In this document: one piece after another, positions 46,438 to 55,800 of the stretch
Position numbering within the stretch: position 1 is the stretch's first letter
Layout: the number at the start of each line of letters is the position of its first letter
Notes under the pieces: generated by a model
Seen by the model: the letters and a program-made list of their open reading frames with translations, nothing else
Database searches by the model: none
Told to the model about the DNA's origin: nothing
Made by a program: the position numbers and the translations under genes
Source: a virus
DNA: 64,000 nucleotides
Direction: 5' to 3' (one strand)
IMG/VR virus record: IMGVR_UViG_3300042894_002524
Location: 1-64,000 of that record

Positions 46438-46832
46438 TACGCTTCCTCTAACGCTATTGAGACATCATAATAAGCACACTGACTTGCAACATCTCTTTTA
46501 ATCAATGTCTCTGAGTAACTTGTAACATAAGCGTCATATTGCTGTGGTGCTTCTTCTGGACCAAGCTGAATATAAACAGCAACCTTGCCCCGCTTATTTG
46601 CAAGCGTCTGAAGATAGTTGCGACCAACACGAGCATCTACTGTATGGATAGAAAGACTCGGGAGGTAAGAGAAAGAGAGGGACATTGTTTTCTTGTTCTT
46701 CTTGATATATCTTTTATTGATACCAGAATCAAGCTCAACATCGGATGCAGCAATAGATTCACTGCCTGAATACTTACGACTATGCTCTGTGATCTCAACC
46801 CCGTCTAGGGACAATAGTTTTACAATACTCAT
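46437..46832 (-). CDS. Distal-tail (Dit)-like protein
   Basis: Directly after the tape measure; K.T.SLSF.YLP...TVD...LEE. Confidence 0.7.
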   Translation of the reverse strand: MSIVKLLSLDGVEITEHSRKYSGSESIAASDVELDSGINKRYIKKNKKTMSLSFSYLPSLSIHTVDARVGRNYLQTLANKRGKVAVYIQLGPEEAPQQYDAYVTSYSETLIKRDVASQCAYYDVSIALEEA

Positions 46833-49800
46833 TTACATTCCCCTGTTTATACCATTATAAGTTCTAACGACTCTTGATTCAAGACCGGCAGCTTTTTGGT
46901 TATTTGGGACAACCTTAATGTTGTAGTCTTTCATCATTGATTCAAACCACTGGTCTTCACCGATAAAGTTGTCAACATAGAAGTTGTAGTTCTGAGTAGT
47001 TTCACTCTGGCTATGACTGGTTACGCTCATGTTGAGACCAGAAGCGCTTGGCATTTGTGGCTTAGGAACATTGAATGATGGGACACCATGCTTGAGACCA
47101 TTCAATTGAGTAAGAAGACCAAGACCAAGATTCTGGACAGCCTTTGAGCTAATTACATATTCTCCACCGTGAAGGATTGCAGGAACACCCTCTGTTGAAT
47201 ATCCGGGAACAACTCCGCCAACAGCTCTCTTAATCATTCCGCCCATAAACTTCTTCTGGACACCAACACCACTGAATAGACCGAGAGCTTTTGCTGTGGA
47301 TGGTCCAAGGTTTCCATCGTTATTCCCGCCAACAGGATATTTCTTTTGGAAGCTCTTCAGAGCAGCAACTGTTCCTGTACCCATTTTCGTTGAATTAACA
47401 TCAAATCCTGTATAGCCATAGAAAGCGAGAGCCGCTTTTGCGGATTTAATATAATCATTAGAGTCATTAAGCTTAAATAATCTATCTTTGCCAGCTAATG
47501 CTTCAAATGCAGTTTGAGTGAGACCGAGCGGACCGAATCCTGTTGGTGCTGTCGGACCAGTTACCCCTGTTGCAGGTGATGTAGCCGAACCACCTGATGG
47601 AGCAGTTCCTCCACCTGTATTCTTAAGCTCTTCCGCTGCGTCAGCAATTGCCTTAGTAATTGCCAAACCTTTAAGTTCATCATTAATTGCAGCCACAACT
47701 TCAGCAAATGCAGAGCTTGCATCAGTCTTCATCTTCATGAATTCAGCACGAACGGCTGCTGTTGCGTTAGCAATTGCTGATGCATAGATTCCCGCAGCGC
47801 TCTTTGGATTTGATGCACTTGGGTCGGCAAACTCTCTTGCAATACCCGCAAGCAATTCTTGACCATCATTGTATGCAGGAGCCACAACGGTCGTGAAACC
47901 TGTTGTGTAAACGGTTCCAAGATTGCTCATCATTCCATTGGTGATACCAAGCATCGTTGCCGGGTCGGTTGTTCCAGTGTCGAGACCATATTTAGCAGCA
48001 GCACCTGCAATAAGAGCATCCATGCTTGATGTAAAGAACCCAACAGTTGGAGCAGTGTTGTTTGCGATTAATGTTGGGAGGGCATTGTAATACCCTTGGA
48101 AAGCAGCTTGCATTCCAGATGATGTGAGGTCAGCTCTAGCCTTCAGCTCATTAAATTGAGTTGTAAGTTCAGCTGCTGTGAGTGTTCCATTCTTGCCAAT
48201 GTTTTCAATAAATGTTTGGAAATCTTCAAGGTCTTTATCAAACTGATCAGAAGCAACTTGCTTTTGGTTTTCAATAACCTTCTTGGCTGCTTCAACATTC
48301 TTAGCCTTCGCTGCAGCCTGTGCATCTTTTGCATTCTTTTCTGTTTCCTTATTGAACTCTTGTTGATTCTTTGCTTCTTCAAGCCCCAATGTACGAGCGT
48401 CATCAATGCGACCCTCATAGATTGCCAAAGCACGATTCTTAAGATAGGAGTCACGCTGAAGCGCTCTTTCGGCAATACGAAGTCTTTCATCCTCTTGCTT
48501 TTGCTTCTCGGCGGTGAGTTCAGCATCTGCTGCAGCAAGTGCATCAATGGCTGCAATTTGGTCATCAAAGAATTTGAGGGATTGGTCTTTCTGCTTTTCA
48601 AGAGCTTTTGTAATTTGATCTTTGAGTTTTCCAAGCGAATCAGAAAGGTTTGAAATAACTTTGTCGTAGAAGTTGTCTTTAAGAGACTTAATTCCTTCAC
48701 CAATAGCGTCAGCAATTGCCCTTCCAGCTTCATTGGCTGCAGATGGATCTTTAGCGACATTTTTAACAGCATCCTTGAGTGAGTCACCAATCTTCTCCTT
48801 GATGTCATTGCCATCAACAAGACCTGCAAGCCAATCTACAATGCCGTTACCAGCACCTGCAATTGCATCACTAAACCCGCCAATGAAAGCATTTGCAGTA
48901 TCTGCAGCTATATCAACAGAACCAAGGAGTTTATTTTGAATCCCCTGAACAACATTCATGACAGCATCGCCAACACCATTCAGGCTGCTTACGCCCTTAA
49001 TAAGTGCCCCACTAATACCCCTTACTAAGCCAACAGCTTTGTTTTGAAGACCACTAATTCCGTTTTCAAGCGGGGTAAAGATGGCATCAATTCCACTTTC
49101 AAGTTTTGCTGTTGCTGCTCCGCCAACACCTTCTACAGCATTGCTCGCTTTTTCAAACCCATCAGCAACGCTATAAAGAGCATCTTTGAGTTTTCCACCA
49201 ATACCCCATAGACCAGCAAGTTTGTCGCCAATTCCACGCATTAGACCAGCAATTAATGAGCCAATCATTCCAATTCCCTTGCCAACACCTGCTGGAAGTT
49301 TTGCCCAAATACTGATGATTCCCTTCACAACAGCAACGGTACCTTTGACAATTCCAAAGAATATTTTAATAACAGCAATAACCATTTCTGTAGCAATCTT
49401 TATTGCTGTTGTTTCAAGAAGAACAAAAAGTTCAATGATTTTATCAATAATGAATACATAAGCTTTTACAATTGTGAAAACAAGATTGATGACACCTTTT
49501 ACCATGTAACGAATAAGATTGATGACACCAATTACTAGCCATTCAAAGAGTTGAACGATTAATTCAACCACCTTGGTTACAGCCTTAATTAATAAACTAA
49601 GCATAGGGAGGACCATCTTGAGAAGACCCTTTAGCGCATTGACTATAGCTTTGAGCATCCCCTTCATAGCACTGACCATTGCCTCTTTAGCTTTGTCTCC
49701 ACCGCCACGGAAGAAACTGACAATAGCCATGACAAATTTAACCAAGTTTGAAACAAAACTAAAGATAGCTCTGATGATCATTGAAAAACCAGAAAGCATT

Positions 49801-52800
49801 GTATAAATAGCTGGAAGAATATATTTCGTAAAGAAAGCTTGGAAAGCCACTGCGAACTTACGAGTAGCCTCGGCGACCTTTGTTACAACAGTTGCAATAT
49901 TGCCTGTTGCTTCTCCGCTACTTTCTGCTCCACCAAATAATGATGCAAAGAAGTCAAAGAATGCTGTCTTGAGCATATTGACAACAACCATAACTGCAGC
50001 AAAAGCTTTCTTAAAGTTTTCTGCAACACCAGTCGTCTTATCACCGTATGCACTGAATGTCTTCTTCAAAAGGAAGATTGCTCCGACAACGAGTAGAATT
50101 GGGATAGTTACTCCGAAGAATGCACCCTTTGTCTTAGTCAAGAGTCCAATCACTTTATTCAACGGTCCCTGCAGAGCCATACCAGCAGGACCAAGTTGAT
50201 AGAGCATCATTGAAGACATTGACCCGGCAGCGGTTCCAAGACCACGAATTCCGCCCATTACGCCTTTTCCGAGTCCGCCCTTCATTCTACCGAACATTCC
50301 CTTGCCTCTTTGCTCAGTCATCATTCCGGTTGTCGCATCAGTTGTTTGAGTAACGCTTCTTCTAAAGAGACCGCCCTTCTTTGTAGCAATAGCATTTCCA
50401 GCAGCATCTGTTCCTTGAGGAACAAAAGTACTTCCTCCGACAAACATTGTTTTTACTCCACGAACAGGAGCCATTGCTGCTTTTCCAATTGCTCCGCCAG
50501 CCATTTTCGCTCCAGCTACTGCAGCTGAGCCTGCAGACTGTGCAAGCTTGATTGCGCCTACTTTGATACTAGAGGCTGCTGCAACAAGACCAGCACCTGC
50601 CTTGAACAACAGATCCTTAGAGTTGGTAAGACCAGTTGAAGCCATCGCAAGAGCTTGTTTTGGATTAGTAAATGCAGTTTGAACAAACTTTGCAGCAATC
50701 TGACCAGAGGTTAATAGGGCTTGACCTCCCATTGTCATAGCACTTCCCAGTTTCGTTAAACCCTTCTCAAGGGTTATAGCAAGCGTGATAATTGCAGCAC
50801 CTGTGTATGTTGTATTAAAGAAGGCAATGCTATCAAGTTTTGCAATTCCAGCACGAACACCCTTCATTGCAAACTTGTGAGCTTCAATCAGACCAGTTGT
50901 AAATACAATTGGTACTCTAACAGGGAGGAGGGTAAGCTCTCTAGTTACCTGACCAGCAATCTTCAATCCTTCAATTGATTTTTTCTTTGCAAAATTCATT
51001 GCAGATTTAATCGGTGGACCGTATGTTTTAGCAATTGCCTTTAGAGTATCAATACTTGGATTAATGGCTTGTCTAAATTGCGATGGCAATTGACTTTGAG
51101 TCAGTCTTGCAATATTGCGATTTGGTCTGTCTGTAGCTCTTGTCTCTTTAGCGATGACTCTTGCATCTTTTTCCGCAATCCGAGACTGACGACTTGTTAC
51201 TTGAAGATTTCTATCAGCGATACGACCAAAAGTTGTACGGCGAGCTTCGCCCATGTAATCTCTTGCCTTATAGACATTTTGATCACCAAACCTCTTTGGC
51301 GACACTCTCTTGGCAACAGACTCTAATGCACCACCAATTGAACCTAATGCACTACCAATCACCTTCACTTGCTTAATTGGGTTAAACATAACATTCGCTG
51401 TCTTTGCAATAGTTTGACCAGTAAACTCTTCTCTCGTTAGAGGGATTCTATTACGACCAGCGCTTGGTCTTGGAGGAATAGGTGTTGCATCAATCAGTTT
51501 CTGAACTCTGTCTGACCTATTTGCTACATCCATCGCTCTACTACGCTCACGAATTGCTTGACTTAATGCAACATTGCTTCTAATTCTTTCCGCCATAGCT
51601 GCTGTCTCAGCTTCCATTGTTGCTTTTATTGCAAGTCTTTCTGCAATCATTTCACGGAGATTAACTCTGGCTCTTGGCATTTCAATTGGTGTTGTACCAA
51701 CTGTTCCAACCGCAGCAGCAGCAGCTTTTGCCTGCGCAGCTGCCCTTCTTGGGCTTTCTTTAGCAGCATTGAGCATAAGCATTGGTTTAGAAGGAGGTGC
51801 AGGGTACACAGGGGCAGTTGCGACAGGTGGTTTTGGAGCAACTGGTGGAGCAGGGGCAACCGGGGCTACCTTGACTGTATCTGCAACAGCCTTTACTTTT
51901 TCTGCTTCTTTTACTAATTTTTCTTGGATGATACGATCAAGATACTTCAGAGCATCTGTAATATTTCCACCGGTTATGAAAGCAAAATCTTTTGCAATCT
52001 GGGCACCATGAACGGATCTTACCAATTCCTGAATACCAGAAAGCATGGATTGGACTTTCTTAGCAGTTCCTGATGACGCTAATCTAATATTTTCAGCAAT
52101 AGAATCTGCCACTGCTTTAGTGTTAATAGCTTGAGAGTTAATTTCATTAATATATGGCATTGAGTAAGGAGTGCGGACAGCAACAGCTGGAGTTGCGTCT
52201 GTTGCTTTTGGACCAGCAACTCCAGTTGTAGGTGATGCAAGAGGTGAAAGTTTTACTCCAGAAGCAATAGCTGCAAGACGAGGGTTCGCAGCAGCATTTG
52301 CTGAAATTGTTACCGCCTTAGCTGCATCTGCGATTGTTTTTTCAACAGCAACAGTCAGATTCTTTTCTGCTTCTACAACTTTTGCAGTTTCGTCAGCAGT
52401 TGCACCGACAGCTTTCCCACGGAGACCGCTTGCTTTTGGCTCTTCTTTTGAACCCCTTGCTGATTCGTAAACTTTACTTGCTGCAACAGAAAAAGGTCTT
52501 GCTGTCCCTGTTGCAATTTCTCTCAGTAAAGCATCAGCCTGTCTTAATTGAGCTTCTGTGAGTCCATTATTCTTTAAATAAACTTCAAATGCGCTAAGTA
52601 TTTTTTGAATAATAACAGATGTCTCTTGACCCTCAAGACCAGCCTTTTGAGCCAATCTGTTAACTTGTGTAGCAAAGGTTGCTGAATCTTCCGATACGGA
52701 ATTTGCAATAGACATGAAATTTTGAATCTGTGTTGCTCCAAGATTACCGATGACATTACCGGGTTGTGCCGTTACTGGTGCTTTAGGTTTACCAACACTT

Positions 52801-55800
52801 GCACCGGCAGCGGTTGCTGCTGTTGTTGTAACAGCATCTTTTGCAGCATTGATTGGAGCAATGGCTTCGGTTACAATTGCTTTTTCAACAGCAATGCCCA
52901 TTTCTTTAAGTTTCTTTATTAGATTAGCAACGACAACTTCTTTCTTGCCCTTACCTCTTCCTTCAATCGCAAAGGCTCTACCAATATACTCAAGAGTCTT
53001 GGTTTCAAATTTCATAAAGTCTATTGCAGCTTTATTTTGAGCAATAATTTGAGACTTAATTTGTTCAGCAAGAATTTTTTGGTCAGCTGATTCAAGACCA
53101 AAACCATACGCTGCTTTATTTGCTGGTGCAGATGCTGGTTTTGCAGATGCTGGCTTTACAGCAGCTCCGGGCTTAAGGTTCTGGAATCTTGCAATAGTAT
53201 CTTGGAAGGCTTTTTCAACACCTTTATTTGCAACATCTCTGGCAAACATAACAAGTCTCTGGAATAGAGCTTGTACCTCTCCGCTATCTTGAAACTTAAC
53301 AGCCTGAAGTTGCTTCAGCGTTTCTGCTGGTTTAGCAAGTGCTTGTTCAATAGTAAGACCAATCTTGAGAAGCTCCTGTTTAAGAAGAGCCAAGTCGTCA
53401 GTTGCTTGAAGACCAGCATTGGATGCAACTTCAGCAAGACCCTTACCTTGAATCTTGAGTGTCTGGTAGAACTGATCAAGAACAGCAGTCGGAATTTGCA
53501 ATGTTGCTGAGAGTTGACTGTTAATATTTCCAAGAGTTGTTGCTCCAGTTGGTACACCAGCACTCAATGATTTAGGTCTTACTGCAGCAGAGATATCTGG
53601 AGCGACTGGCTTAGGAGGAAGCCCGCCCTTTGCTGGGTCATAAGCATTGATGCGAGCTATATCATCTTTTGCTGCTTTTGCTGCAGCCTTGGCTTGTTCC
53701 GCTTTCTTCTTGGCATCTTCTAGTCTTGTAGTGAGTTCATCAATTGCATTTTTCTTACCGCCCGGAATGCGTTTCTTTGACTCAGTAACTTCTTGAATCT
53801 GAGTTTCTAAATTTTTGACAGCTCTTTTTGCACTTCTTGCACTATCATTTGCTGCTTTAATCTGTTCGTTAAGAGATTGAAGATTCTCAGCTTGCCCCGC
53901 AAGGAACTGCTCTTTAGACATGAATCCCCTCTTTATAGGAGAGGATTGTACTGGTTCGACTTTTTCGGGCTTTACGCCTAGTTTCTTAAGAGCAGCTTCT
54001 TGTTGTTTCGCAAGACGATCTGCCTCTTGTTTTGCTGCAAATTCAGCATCCCTTGCTGCTTGCGCAACTCTTCTTTTTTCTCTTTCAATATAGTCCGGTT
54101 GTTGAGTGACTGCTTGTCTTAGAAGTTCAATTCCAGCTTTTCTCTTTGGTCTAAGAGCAACCCTTCTTGCTTGACGATCCTTTTCTTCTGGATCGTTTCT
54201 GCTATAACTGGGTCTTGTAACCTCTCTTCTCTCCCTGAGTTCCTCAGTCGGATCACCTTTAGAATCTCTTCCTCCATAAACAAGACCCGTGTATCTTTCG
54301 CCTGTGCGCTTAGCTCTCGCTCTAGCAGTAGTACTGCCGAACGGCATCCCCTTACCTTTCGCACCGGCAAAAGGTACACCACCGCTGGAGGCGATTTGTT
54401 GTTGTGCATTATTAAATGCTAAATTTGCAGACTGCCTGACGCTCTGAAGCTCAGTGTTTATCAAATCAGTTGTTCTTTTTAGCTCCGAAATAGCCCTCTG
54501 AACATCAGACATCTTTCTTTTTTCAGAAAGAATTTTAATCTGAAGAACACGAGCCAATGATAGGTTTCCAACCTTTGCTGCCCGAGATTCTTGAGCAACA
54601 AGATCATCAATCTTTCCTTTAATAACTCTTGCTTGATCGGCAAGAATCTTTATTTTATCTTTAAGGATTTGTCTTTCTTTTTCAAATTCTGTCACTTGAG
54701 CAACAGATTCTTTTGCAACTGCAATATCTTCAGGTTTAATTGCGGTAACAGGTTTGTACTTTATATTTCCTACTGATGAACTAACAGCCTCATTGAAATT
54801 TTTAGCATAAAATGGACTTGTTTTAGCTGATGTTCCAGTAAATGCAGCCCCAACTTTTGCATCAGGAGCAAGAGCTTTCCCAGCAACACCAGTTTTAATA
54901 GCACCAGCAATTTTGCCCAAGGTGCTGAGATTCACCTTGATAGCTTCTCCTTCTTTGTTAACAAGAGAATCAAGTTGACGCAACTTCACTGGAACATCTT
55001 GTCCGAGAATTGTAAATAATTTAATTAGTGAATCTTTTGTTAGAATAGCACTCTTTGCTGTTCCCTCAAGATTGAGGAGTTTTTTAATTGACGCACCAGC
55101 AGCCTCAAGATCAACAGTTGCTTTATTTGGACCAGAAACTGCTCTGCCAAATCCGTCAACCGCTGCGTAATCTCGTTGCGCCGTACTCACTGCTGGAGTG
55201 ACTGCTGGCTTCTTGGTAGTACCCTTTGGTCTTCCACGAGTCTTCTTTGTGTCAGCAACAATCGCTTCTGCAACGGTTTTTTCGCCTTCTGCAACGGCAA
55301 TATCAATAGCAGCAGGGATTGGTCCAGCAGCTTTTGGTCTTCCACGACCTCTCTTTGCTTTCTGCTTGACATCTGTTGCAACCGTTTCTTCCGCAGTGGC
55401 TGTTGCTGCTTCAATTGCAGCAGGAATTGGGCTTGCTGCTGGGGCAACTGGCTTCTTACCGATAGACACCATGACTGCTTCCGCAACAGCATGCATTCCC
55501 TTATCAATTGCTGGTTTGAGAATATCTCCACCTGCAGGTATCTCAGGCATCGTGGGCTTCATGGCATTCATCATTGCCATTGGGTTCATGAAGTTTGCAG
55601 GAAGTCCAGATCTTACATTAAGTTGTGGCTTAAGAGCGCCAACAACGCTTTCCGTAGAAAATAGTTTTTTCTTTAAGGCATTTTTATATTGCTTTTCTGC
55701 AAGCTTTCTTTTTTCTTTTTCAGCTTTAGCAAGAATTTTAGCTGTTTCTTTTGCCTCAGCCTCAAGTTGTTTTGCTTCTTTTTCAAGTCTAGCTTTTGAA

